Source of the DNA: an uncultured Nitrososphaerales archaeon
Lineage (GTDB): Archaea > Thermoproteota > Nitrososphaeria > Nitrososphaerales > JACAEJ01
Direction of reading: 5' to 3'
Assembly (NCBI GenBank): GCA_938091495.1
Contig: CALLJF010000019.1
Coordinates: 1-62,762, forward strand
Length of the DNA: 62,762 bases
Shown here: one piece after another, positions 29,917 through 39,322 of the stretch
How the letters are laid out: each line of letters opens with the position of its first letter
Position numbering within the stretch: the first letter of the stretch is position 1
Notes under the pieces: model-generated
Databases searched by the model: none
Seen by the model: only the letters and a program-made list of their open reading frames with translations
Told to the model about the DNA's origin: nothing
Position numbers and translations under genes: made by a program

Positions 29917-29972
29917 ATTATTAAAATTGAAAGTATTTAAATATAAACTCCCAAAGTACCATAAGTGAACTC

Positions 29973-30254
29973 ATGCTTTCAGATGAACAGATCAAGGCAA
30001 CTATACTCTTCAAGCTCCATAAGAGAGGCAACTGGGGAGGTAGTCACACAGCATTTGATAATCTGAAGAAAGGATGGAAAGATGAAGACTTGAGTAAGCA
30101 TGGAGTAAAACGAGTGGAAAAGCTGGCAAAGGAATTGATTCGCCGAGGATTGATCATCCCAAAGCCCACGCATTACGGTTTGCAAGTGTCTCTGAATCCA
30201 AAGGAGAATGAAGTGATAGTTGCTTTCATGAAAAGATTTTTCCCTGAGGTTTAG
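29973..30254 (+). CDS. Small basic hypothetical protein (wHTH-like)
   Basis: 93 aa ATG ORF, WGGSHT..KELIRRGLIIPKPTHYG; divergent from the wHTH gene. Confidence 0.7.
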   Translation: MLSDEQIKATILFKLHKRGNWGGSHTAFDNLKKGWKDEDLSKHGVKRVEKLAKELIRRGLIIPKPTHYGLQVSLNPKENEVIVAFMKRFFPEV

Positions 30255-30605
30255 AGTAGAACCTTTTTAATCATGGAACTGGTCTATACGGAGCTGGGGC
30301 TGAACAGCGGTTCAATAAAGGCACGGGTCTACCAAAGAATTGGCCACGATTGATATTCTTGGCCTCCTGGCTATCCTGACTATGGAAGTGGTATGATCTC
30401 TGGATAAAAAATTGAGATAAGAAGTTTATAACCATCGCAAGAATGTTTTTATTTTCTTCACTAACTTCTTCCTTAACCCATCCAGGCGGGTCGCACAGGT
30501 ACTGGCTGTAGATGTAGCCCTCGTATCCTCTCGGCATTACTTGTCCTTTCACGAGGTAGTTCTGCCGCAGTCAGAATTACATTTAAAAATCTTGCGACGT
30601 ATTAA

Positions 30606-32933
30606 TTGATTGAGATGTTGCCAAAAAGTGCGTTCAGCTCCTTGTTGAGCGTGCTGCTCGGGGAAAAATCTATAAAAAGCGAAGATTTGAATAACGTGAC
30701 TTTGGAGCAAGCAGAAGAAATTATTTTCCCAACCTTGGTAGGCAATTATGAAGGACTGAAATTTTTTGAGGAAGAAGGTCTGGGAAAAAGATTGCGTTCT
30801 CTGAAGAAATACATACTAAGCCAGCCTACGTTAATCTACTATGTCATGCGCTCTCTTCCTATGGCAGCTTTATACACAGCAGCCGGGCTTTTGTACTCAG
30901 CAGGCGGGCTTTTGGCTAACAGTCAAGGCAGGGCTTACTTAAAAGATTCAGTCAAAGGCCTGTTCTCTAAACCAAAGGAGATATTCTCGAAGATAGACAA
31001 GGAATCCGAGAAGGAGTTCAAAGAATGGATGGAGGGACAGGGATATTCTATAAAAGAAAGGGAGGACGGCTGGGTGTTCTACGCGGATGAGATAAAAGAC
31101 GGGGACCCGAGAAAGAAAGAGAAGATCGGATTATTTAGAAAGGCGTACCCAGTGCTAGAACTGAAAGAGAGTCCGTTGAGTGAAGAGAAGATCGGGGAAA
31201 AGCGTTTGACCGTGGTGACTGATTATGAAGAGGAAGCTAGAAGATACGTTGAAGAACTGGAGATGAACGCACCTGTAGAGTGGTTGCCGATTTTGGTTGA
31301 TGTTGGAGTGGCGTTGGAGAAAAAACACTTCATCTCAAGAGAAGAATATTCAGACAGGCTGAGCAAATGGGAAAAACAGGAGACAGAAAAGCTTTACGAA
31401 TCTTTTGAAGCATCGGATTACAAGAAAACAGTCGAGAGTGTGGAGAAGATCGGGGAGAGAGCTAGCTATAGCAGCCAAAGGCGTGTGGCTGAGGGCTTGG
31501 TCGAAAGGTTGAAGCAGGAGAACAGAAAAAAAGATGCTAAAAAAATTGAAAAGTATTTTAAGGATGCGGGGATAATTCCACCGCCTGGCTATCGTCTGCC
31601 GATAGCGGTTGGCGCTGGCCTTGGGGCATGGTTCACGCTTGATTTAACGAACACAGCAATACTAGGCGTTATACCCGGTCCGATAAACCTTTTGGAAGCC
31701 ATAGGATATTCTGTCAACACTGGCTTGGACTGGAAGCATTCCGTGGATTTAGCCTTGCACACAGACACTCTCTATGTTCTGGGACAGATGATACACGGGG
31801 AAGAGACCGAGATGTCTAAGGCTATTAGCATCTGTCAGCAGCTGGAGGCCAGCAAAGACGAGAAAGCTTATGATCTGGTAAAGTTCTTTTTAAGCGACGG
31901 GAGAATTTTACCGGAGGAGGTTAAGGCTGCGAATTATTTTCTGCAGGCAAAACAAGTGATACCAGACGGGCCGAGGGCTTACTACACTCAAGAAGAACTG
32001 GGGAGTATAGGGTATAATTTATACGCATCACTCTCGGCAGACGGAAGAATCGGCCCTGATGAAGAACAAGTATTGCAAGCCTTGAACACGGTAGAATGGA
32101 AGAACAGATGGTGGATTGTCAGGGACATTTATAATTCTGGGATGGTCGAGAGCACTGCTCTTAACCAGGACTGGGATAAAGACGGGATTAGTAACATTGC
32201 AGAAATAATGAACGGAACAAACCCTTTGAATAAGCTTGAGGTTGATCCGAGCAATCTGAGCGATAGATATGCTGTTATTACAGCAGTTACAGGTTATGCC
32301 CATATTAGTGTTGAAGTTAAAAGCGTGAAAGGAATTATGGAGTTTTTATATAGGAACGGCTATAATGATGACAATGTATTCTTAGTTCACAACCCAGGTG
32401 GCGCAGCTAACTATGAAATCATGAAAACCTTTCCTATAAAGGTTGATTACAAAGGACCTTCTGATAGCCGTGCTACCGCAGAGGCTTTCTTGAATTACAT
32501 AAAAAATTTGCCTTCTGACGTAAATGATCAAGTTTTTGTTTATGCAAGTGCGCATGGGAATGTAAATTACATCCATATGGGAGGAAACGTACACTTTTCA
32601 GAATTTGGTGATGCATTAAAACAGATGGACTGTGGGGAAGCTGTAGTTGTTATCAATTGCTCTAACGCTGGTGGTTATGTAGAAAATTTATATAATTACT
32701 TGGAAAAAAATCCAAATATGCTAATTATCGGGACTCAGTCTAAAACAGAAAGTTTAGACTTCACACTAGAAGTTACAAAATTTGTTGGGTACTTGGACTC
32801 TGGTTTAAGCATCGAAGAAGCGTTCAATATATTTGCTTATGAGCTAGGAAAAAAAGGTTATCACCCCGTTATGTACTCTGGAAGAGAAGAGCCGTTTACC
32901 AATTTCTTAGTCTATAAGAAATCACAAGAATAG
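30606..32933 (+). CDS. Membrane-anchored protein with Ca-binding repeat and C-terminal clan CD (C13/caspase-like) peptidase domain
   Basis: Hydrophobic segments near aa 80-105 and 330-365; DWDKDGISNIAE; RYAVI, VFVYASAHG, VVVINCSNAGG. Confidence 0.65.
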   Translation: MIEMLPKSAFSSLLSVLLGEKSIKSEDLNNVTLEQAEEIIFPTLVGNYEGLKFFEEEGLGKRLRSLKKYILSQPTLIYYVMRSLPMAALYTAAGLLYSAGGLLANSQGRAYLKDSVKGLFSKPKEIFSKIDKESEKEFKEWMEGQGYSIKEREDGWVFYADEIKDGDPRKKEKIGLFRKAYPVLELKESPLSEEKIGEKRLTVVTDYEEEARRYVEELEMNAPVEWLPILVDVGVALEKKHFISREEYSDRLSKWEKQETEKLYESFEASDYKKTVESVEKIGERASYSSQRRVAEGLVERLKQENRKKDAKKIEKYFKDAGIIPPPGYRLPIAVGAGLGAWFTLDLTNTAILGVIPGPINLLEAIGYSVNTGLDWKHSVDLALHTDTLYVLGQMIHGEETEMSKAISICQQLEASKDEKAYDLVKFFLSDGRILPEEVKAANYFLQAKQVIPDGPRAYYTQEELGSIGYNLYASLSADGRIGPDEEQVLQALNTVEWKNRWWIVRDIYNSGMVESTALNQDWDKDGISNIAEIMNGTNPLNKLEVDPSNLSDRYAVITAVTGYAHISVEVKSVKGIMEFLYRNGYNDDNVFLVHNPGGAANYEIMKTFPIKVDYKGPSDSRATAEAFLNYIKNLPSDVNDQVFVYASAHGNVNYIHMGGNVHFSEFGDALKQMDCGEAVVVINCSNAGGYVENLYNYLEKNPNMLIIGTQSKTESLDFTLEVTKFVGYLDSGLSIEEAFNIFAYELGKKGYHPVMYSGREEPFTNFLVYKKSQE

Positions 32934-32964
32934 TAATAATTTTGTCTAAGGGTTATCTTTTTAT

Positions 32965-33570
32965 TTGAATAAAAAAATATTAATTATGAGAAAGAGCTTG
33001 ATACTGGTTTTAATTTTATTATTTTCATTTAGTATTTTAATGATAATCTTCTTGCCAAGATGGTACGAAGAATACAAGTTAAGAAAAGCTGGAGAAATGT
33101 TTGAAGCCGTAATTTCCAAATGTCCGTTCCCAGAAAAACGAGGAATAAATATCTGCTGCTATAACAACGGTAAATTAAGTTTATGTAATGAAAAGGAAAC
33201 TTTCGAGTGTGGGGAGGAAATAGAAATAAGGATAAGATTGGATGAGATAGATATACCTTCTTACGTATGCGTAAATCAGACATTTTACTTTCCACCTCCA
33301 GTCGAGCCAACAGATTGGACAGTTCTTTATCCTGATGCTATATTCCATTGCTCGGTAGATCTTGAACCAAACTCTGATGTTTTGCTGCCAGTTAACGGCC
33401 TGCCAGTTGACCTTTACTGGAATGGCATGTTCTATAACACTACTGGTCCACGAAAAATTGTGGAAGTTCGCACTTTTCCAGTGAAAAACTATACAACACT
33501 CACAGACCTGTTAGAAGATTTGGAAAGTTCAAAAATAGTTTTGGAGATGGAGAAGCCGATAGTATGCTAA
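32965..33570 (+). CDS. Membrane-anchored Cys-rich hypothetical protein
   Basis: N-terminal TM helix, several Cys, co-oriented behind the peptidase-like gene. Confidence 0.6.
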   Translation: MNKKILIMRKSLILVLILLFSFSILMIIFLPRWYEEYKLRKAGEMFEAVISKCPFPEKRGINICCYNNGKLSLCNEKETFECGEEIEIRIRLDEIDIPSYVCVNQTFYFPPPVEPTDWTVLYPDAIFHCSVDLEPNSDVLLPVNGLPVDLYWNGMFYNTTGPRKIVEVRTFPVKNYTTLTDLLEDLESSKIVLEMEKPIVC

Positions 33571-33768
33571 AGACTTTTCAGAAGCTTAGTTTAATCGCTT
33601 TAATGGTTTTTCTAGTTTTGTTTTTATTAAATCCAGTGAATGTAAAGGCGGATTATACTCGAGTCTGTGCAATAGAGCACATTGAAACATCAAATTTCAT
33701 CTCCATAATTTCACCCCATTGCTATTAAAGGAGAAGGAATTCGATCTGAGTTGAGTAGCCCCGAGTGC

Positions 33769-33980
33769 AAGCTAGAACTCAGTCAAAACTCCTTCTCTAA
33801 AGCAATTTTCTAAATCCTTTCACAATATTGTACTTTCAAACATAAATAATTATCATTATGTGATTAAGTGGAATCTATATGCGCAGGGGGTAAGTTAGAA
33901 CTCGACTTGAACTCTTCCTTCTCTTTGAATTTTTTAAATAATATTGTACTCGAGATGATAAATAGATATCATCTGCATGA
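33769..33980. repeat. Degenerate tandem duplication (~90-100 bp unit)
   Basis: aagctagaactc..ccttctct..aatattgtact (33769-33834) vs aagttagaactc..ccttctct..aatattgtact (33892-33950). Confidence 0.55.
33953..33974. promoter_or_regulatory. Inverted repeat, candidate antitoxin operator
   Basis: AGATGATA-N6-TATCATCT perfect inverted repeat ~50 bp upstream of the AbrB antitoxin. Confidence 0.45.
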
Positions 33981-34022
33981 GAGCAACATAAACTATTTAT
34001 GTAAGAAAGTAAGAATTTTATA

Positions 34023-34314
34023 CATGAGGGTAATGGCTGAACCTGATATTACCATAGTTAGCGATAAAGGTCAGATAGTGATACCTGCCTATCTTAGGAA
34101 TAAGCTTGGAATCAAGCCAAGGACTAAGTTATTAGTGTATAATGTAGAAGACACTATAATCCTGAAGAAGCTTAAAGTGCCTGACCTTGAAAAAGAGATG
34201 AAAGAGTTGTATAAAGAAATAGACAAGAAGATAGCAAAGTATGGAGAGTTAAGCGAGGAAGATATTCAAAAAGAGATAGAAAGGTATAGAGCAGAGAAGA
34301 GGAAGAAAGCCTAA
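34023..34314 (+). CDS. AbrB/MazE/SpoVT-family antitoxin
   Basis: TIVSDKGQIVIPAYLRNKLGI motif; true start probably the ATG of MRVM or MAEPD (~34023-34033) rather than 33868. Confidence 0.85.
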
Positions 34315-34324
34315 GGCGCTAAGG

Positions 34325-34744
34325 ATGATAAAGGTTGTGTTTGATACTAATGTTTTAGTGTCAAGTCTAATCAGAAGTGGAAAGCCAAGGTTACTATGAA
34401 ATAAAGTCATTAAAGGAGAAGTTGAGCTCATAATCTCTATAGAAATACTTTCAGAATTTAATAATGTAGTGAGTAGACCAAAGTTAAGAAGGTATTTGAG
34501 TTTAAAGCGCTTGAGAAGGTTCAATCTAGTCTTAATTAGAAGAGCAGAGATCATAGAAGTGAGAACACATTTACCACAAATAACAGAGGATCCTGATGAT
34601 AATATAATAATCGAGACTGCATTAGATGGTGAAGCAGACTATATAGTGTCAGGAGATAAGCACTTACTCATGCTGAAAGAATTCAAAGGGATAAAGATAG
34701 TTAATGTAGAAGAAATGTTGAAGATTTTAGAACAGCAATCTTAA
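34325..34744 (+). pseudogene. PIN-domain toxin (VapC-like) interrupted by an in-frame TGA
   Basis: MIKVVFDTNVLVS from ATG 34325, TGA at 34397-34399, then in frame to DPDDN..ADYIVSGDKHLL. Confidence 0.85.
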
Positions 34745-34747
34745 GGA

Positions 34748-34969
34748 TCATCTTTTCGAGATCTTAACTCCATGAAACTCATGAATCTTTATCAAACCCC
34801 TTCTTTCAAGGCTCTTGAGTATATGCTTCGAGATTTCTTTATCGAAGTGAAATATTGCACCTAATCTATAATAAACGAGAGGAAAAGGAATAATTCTTGA
34901 TTTACTTATCTTTCTTAACTCTTTCAATACCATCGTATCAAGATTAATTGCATTATTCATCAGCATCAC
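34748..34969 (-). CDS. Small hypothetical (wHTH-like) protein
   Basis: ILKSLERRGLIKI wing-like motif; short ORF. Confidence 0.45.
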   Translation of the reverse strand: MMLMNNAINLDTMVLKELRKISKSRIIPFPLVYYRLGAIFHFDKEISKHILKSLERRGLIKIHEFHGVKISKR

Positions 34970-35253
34970 ATGCTTTAAGATATAGTTCTCTTAGTATGAT
35001 ATACCATTCAGGGAGCTTTGATTTCATATCTTCAGAGTTTTCTTTGCCCATAAGAGTATCGTTGATATCTTAACTAATGAACGTCTGGCTCTTTCTCTTA
35101 GAAATATTGCGTGTGGAATAAAGGCTATAGAATTAGAGTTTCATTTTAGAAAAGTCTATCTCAACTCTTACTTGCCATCTTTCCTTTCTCTGTTACCATC
35201 CACTGATTCTGCCTTCCAACACAGCAACTCTAAATGTTTGTGTTTCACTTTGC

Positions 35254-38013
35254 TTACCTTTTCATCAGGGCAAAGTGTTTGAGACTTTCTATGCTGATGA
35301 AAGTTGCTATTATGCCTCCTGCTACCCATACTATGTCTTCTAATGTAGGGTAGAGTATATGCAAGGCCTCTCTTACCCCTGGTATATGTATTAGTGTAAT
35401 GATAAGAAGGCTTTCCCAAAATATGGCTAGCAAAAGCCATTTGTGAGGTTTCACCTTGTTTATTGTATAGACTAATGAGCGACAGTTTATCGCGACAGCA
35501 AGTTCGACGAAGATGAACATAAGGAATAGCCTTGTTCTGGCAGCATCCATTCCATAAGGTAAACCACTCATGAAAGCAAGTGTAAGAATCGGAGTTTCGA
35601 CGAGCAAAGCCCTTGCAAGGAATAAAACTAGGTCCCTTGTGAAGACAGGCTCGTCCTTTGGTCTTGGAGGTCTTTTCATTAGGTCGGGATCAGCTGGGCT
35701 GAAGCCTAAGGCCAAAGCGGGAAGGCCATCTGTTGCCAGGTTTATGTAAAGAATCTGTGCAGGAAGAAGCGGCAGTGCAGCCTCTCCATACAATCCCATA
35801 AGGCGCAATATGAACAAAGCCCCTATGCTCATCACAGCAATCTCCACAAGGTTGGCTTGGAGAAGGTATGCCAAGTACTTCTTTATGTTATCATATATCC
35901 ATCTTCCAAGCTCTATGGCTTTCACTATTGTAGCGAAGTTATCGTCTGCCAAGACTAAGTCAGAGGCTTCCTTCGTGACATCTGTTCCTGTGACGCCCAT
36001 GGCAATGCCTATGTCTGAGCGCTTTAAGGCTGGAGCATCGTTTACACCATCCCCTGTCATAGCCACTACACGACCTTTCTTCTTCCATGCTTCCACTATT
36101 CTCAGCTTATGGAAGGGGGAGACTCGAGCATAGACAGTCACCTTCTCAACAATCTTCTCGAATTCTTCTTCTCTCAGTCGCTCGAGCTCCTCACCTGTCA
36201 AAACAAGGTCGCCATCTTTGTATATACCCATCTCTCTGGCTATGGCTACGGCTGTGAGCTTATGATCTCCCGTAATCATTATGGACGTCATACCGACTTG
36301 CTTGGCCACTTCAACTGCCTCCACAGCCTCCTTCCTTGGAGGGTCGATCATACCCACCAGTCCTAGAAATGTAAAATCTATTTCTAGACGCTCACTGTCT
36401 AATAAATCTAGACCTTCAGGCAACTTTCTTTCAGCTACTCCTAAGGTCCTTAGGGCATTTCCAGCCATCTCCTCGTTAATCGTCAAAATGAATTTTCTAT
36501 CTTCCTCACTCATCTCTCTTATTTGCCCGTTCTCAAAGAGATAGTTACAACGCTGCAAGACTATTTCTGGGGCTCCTTTCATATAGGCAACGTAAACACC
36601 ATCTTGAGAAGAATGGACTGTTGTCATAAATTTTCGCTCAGAGCTGAAGGGCACCTCCGCCACTCTAGGATGAAGCCCTCTAACTTCATCTTGCTTCAGG
36701 CTCATCTTCTCAGCCAGTACAATCAAGGCACCCTCAGTAGGATCGCCCTTTACCGTCCATTTGTTATCATCTACCTCTAGCCTTGCATCATTACAGAGAA
36801 GAACAGCCTTAGCAAGCCTTGTTAAAGCGTTCTTCAAGCTAAGATCGATGGGCTTCCCATCATGAAGTATCTCGCCTTTTGGATCGTAGCCAGAGCCAGT
36901 AACCTCCAATTTTTTACTATTAACATACACTTGCCTTACAGTCATCTCTCCCCTCGTTAGCGTACCCGTTTTGTCTGAGCATATTATCTGAGTAGAGCCT
37001 AAGGTCTCAACGACAGGCATCCTTCTTACCAAAGCGTTCCTCTTCGCCATAATGCGCATACTTATTGCTAAGCTTCCAGTCACAATGGCTGGTAGTGCTT
37101 CAGGAACAGCAGCAACAGCTAACGCAACACCAAACAAAAAGACTTCAATGAAGAAGCCAAGACTGATAAACCCAAACATCAGATACTCTTCTGCTACTTC
37201 TACCACAGTTATTATCGCAATTATCACTAATGCTATCAATCCAAGCTTTCTACCTATCTCACTCATTCGTTTTTCAAGGGGCGATCTCTCCTCTGTTACT
37301 GCTGTGACTTCCTTGGCGATCTTTCCAAACTCAGTTCTCATCCCTGATGCAATAACGATTCCCTTCCCCTTACCATAAGTAATCGTAGTTCCAGAAAATA
37401 CCATATTGGTTCTGTCCATTACTGGAGCTTCCTCTGGTAAAACCTTCAACATTTTCGTAACAGGGGCTGATTCACCCGTTAAGGGCGCTTCATCTACTTG
37501 AAGGTTCACTGCCTCAATCAATCTTATGTCGGCAGGTACTTTGTCTCCATCTTTTAGAACAACTATGTCACCAGGAACTAATTCTTTTACAAGTATCTCC
37601 TTTTCATTACCATCTCGTATTACTGTGCATGTGGGGCTCAGCATCTTCTTCAGTGATTCGAGAGTTCTTTCGGCCCTGTATTCTTGTATAAAGCCTAAGA
37701 TGACGACGAATAATACTATAACGAATATGACTACTGCATCAATTATTTCTCCCAAAAGCGCTGAGATGGCGGTAGCGATCAATAGAATGCCTAAAAGTAT
37801 GTTCGCGAATTGTTTGAGGAAAATCTTCACCGGCGAGATTCTTTTCTCTGCCAAGAGCTCATTTGGACCATATATGGCAAATCTAGACTTAGCTTCAACA
37901 TCAGATAATCCTTTCTCCTTACTCGTGCGCAGCGTCTGCAGTAGATCATCAATCTCCATTGCATGCCAATTCTTCTCGGGAATTATTTCTTGAACTTGCT
38001 CAAGTCTTGACAT
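35254..38013 (-). CDS. P-type cation-transporting ATPase (type II, Ca2+-like)
   Basis: LTGES, VPEALP, CSDKTGTLT, KGAPE, MITGD, TGDGVND. Confidence 0.95.
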   Translation of the reverse strand: MSRLEQVQEIIPEKNWHAMEIDDLLQTLRTSKEKGLSDVEAKSRFAIYGPNELLAEKRISPVKIFLKQFANILLGILLIATAISALLGEIIDAVVIFVIVLFVVILGFIQEYRAERTLESLKKMLSPTCTVIRDGNEKEILVKELVPGDIVVLKDGDKVPADIRLIEAVNLQVDEAPLTGESAPVTKMLKVLPEEAPVMDRTNMVFSGTTITYGKGKGIVIASGMRTEFGKIAKEVTAVTEERSPLEKRMSEIGRKLGLIALVIIAIITVVEVAEEYLMFGFISLGFFIEVFLFGVALAVAAVPEALPAIVTGSLAISMRIMAKRNALVRRMPVVETLGSTQIICSDKTGTLTRGEMTVRQVYVNSKKLEVTGSGYDPKGEILHDGKPIDLSLKNALTRLAKAVLLCNDARLEVDDNKWTVKGDPTEGALIVLAEKMSLKQDEVRGLHPRVAEVPFSSERKFMTTVHSSQDGVYVAYMKGAPEIVLQRCNYLFENGQIREMSEEDRKFILTINEEMAGNALRTLGVAERKLPEGLDLLDSERLEIDFTFLGLVGMIDPPRKEAVEAVEVAKQVGMTSIMITGDHKLTAVAIAREMGIYKDGDLVLTGEELERLREEEFEKIVEKVTVYARVSPFHKLRIVEAWKKKGRVVAMTGDGVNDAPALKRSDIGIAMGVTGTDVTKEASDLVLADDNFATIVKAIELGRWIYDNIKKYLAYLLQANLVEIAVMSIGALFILRLMGLYGEAALPLLPAQILYINLATDGLPALALGFSPADPDLMKRPPRPKDEPVFTRDLVLFLARALLVETPILTLAFMSGLPYGMDAARTRLFLMFIFVELAVAINCRSLVYTINKVKPHKWLLLAIFWESLLIITLIHIPGVREALHILYPTLEDIVWVAGGIIATFISIESLKHFALMKR

Positions 38014-38088
38014 CCTTTAGCAACTCCATATAATCCAATATGCAGATTGGTTATAGTAAAAAACTTACGGTAGAACAATAAAGAAGGG

Positions 38089-38316
38089 TTAGTCTCCCTG
38101 AGGGAGAGTTTCAGTGCTCTTTATGCCTTTTATTGATGATATCTTCTTCGCTAAGTCATTGAGCCTTAGGAAGTCTTCAGCCTCTAAGAAGACCACTATA
38201 TCAAAGCGCCCAAAGACCATGTATGCATCCTTTACCTCTTTCATCCCTTTTACCTCCTTCAATATGCTAGGAGAAGTTGCGGCTGTAGCCTTTATGAGAA
38301 TTAAACCATTTATCAT
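38089..38316 (-). CDS. Stand-alone Lrp/AsnC ligand-binding (RAM) domain protein
   Basis: VFGRFDIVVFLE..GIKSTETL. Confidence 0.85.
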   Translation of the reverse strand: MINGLILIKATAATSPSILKEVKGMKEVKDAYMVFGRFDIVVFLEAEDFLRLNDLAKKISSIKGIKSTETLPQGD

Positions 38317-38320
38317 AACA

Positions 38321-38548
38321 TCAAGCCTCCAAACCTATGAGGGTTTCAGTAGCAGATACGCCATCTATGCTACCTATTTTTAATGCCAAAGCGCTAAGCT
38401 CCTTCAAGTTTGCAACTTCTACATTTGCCACTACATCTGTTCTTCCTAGGACTGAAAAGGCAACTTTTATGCCTTTGATTTCTTTCACTTTTTTGGTTAC
38501 TTGATCATATTTGGCTGGTTGTGTCTTAATAAGTAAGCAAGCCTTCAT
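38321..38548 (-). CDS. Stand-alone Lrp/AsnC ligand-binding (RAM) domain protein
   Basis: VLGRTDVVANVE..GVSATETL. Confidence 0.85.
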   Translation of the reverse strand: MKACLLIKTQPAKYDQVTKKVKEIKGIKVAFSVLGRTDVVANVEVANLKELSALALKIGSIDGVSATETLIGLEA

Positions 38549-38610
38549 AAATTAGCAATAAATGAAGTCTTTAATATGGATTTTGGAATTGAAGCTAAAT
38601 GTTATAACAT

Positions 38611-39219
38611 TCAAGTAGATTGAGTTTCCTTTTTTATCATCTCTTCTATCTCATAAGGGCTAGTTATGACAGTTATTCCTCTCATAGCTTTGAGTTTTCT
38701 AAAGTTTATCATATCTACATCCCTCATCGACAAATCAAGCTTCTCTCCTGTAGGTAGAACTGTCGTTCTTTTGCCAGTTTCTGTCTCTTGATCCACAGGG
38801 AGTATGTATATAGGTAAATTGCCCTTATGAGCCTGCGCAACTGCGTTGGTTACCAGTGTGTCTGCTATCCCATTAACTATTTTTGCTACAGTATTACCAG
38901 TTGCTGGAGCCACTAAAAGAAGTTTGAACTTTCCAGTTTGAAGTGGACCAGCTATAAAAGGGACATTTGCACTTTCTTCTATCATGATCCTTGGTGATAT
39001 CTTTTCCAATTCATTCCATAGTTTATACCATTTTACGACCATAACAGCTGATTTAGACAAGAACGCTTGTACCTTTACATCCCCTCTCTCAATTATCTTC
39101 TTCATGACTTGAAAAATTTCAGGTAAATAGTCCCCGGCGCCTGTTATCCCCCAAGCAATCTTTATGGGCAAACTTTTTTCGCTCAAGCCGAGTTCAAATC
39201 TTCTATTCTCTAAAAGCAC
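38611..39219 (-). CDS. afpA: Archaeoflavoprotein (AfpA-like, HFCD flavoprotein family)
   Basis: IAWGITGAG, APATGNTVAKI..GIADTLVTN, LPVD. Confidence 0.8.
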   Translation of the reverse strand: MLLENRRFELGLSEKSLPIKIAWGITGAGDYLPEIFQVMKKIIERGDVKVQAFLSKSAVMVVKWYKLWNELEKISPRIMIEESANVPFIAGPLQTGKFKLLLVAPATGNTVAKIVNGIADTLVTNAVAQAHKGNLPIYILPVDQETETGKRTTVLPTGEKLDLSMRDVDMINFRKLKAMRGITVITSPYEIEEMIKKETQST

Positions 39220-39322
39220 AAATATATTTTTAATGTCATCACATAAAAGAGGCTGAAAAATGGATCGTTTATTAATCTATAAATTCTTAACCAAGGCATT
39301 TAGAATAGCCTAGGCGATCATT

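Noticed and set aside
30271-30552. 93 aa minus-strand ORF
   Set aside because: No recognisable motif and the composition changes midway. It may be a gene remnant but cannot be supported as a CDS.
30436-30600. Apparent inverted repeat (cgcaagaatgttttta / taaaaatcttgcg) as mobile-element ends
   Set aside because: The same TAAAAATCTTGCG occurs at ~5680 upstream of the Rieske gene, so it is better explained as BRE+TATA promoter sequence.
33868-34022. N-terminal extension of the AbrB ORF given in the ORF track
   Set aside because: It runs through the repeat and operator region; the AbrB fold starts only after ~34023-34033.
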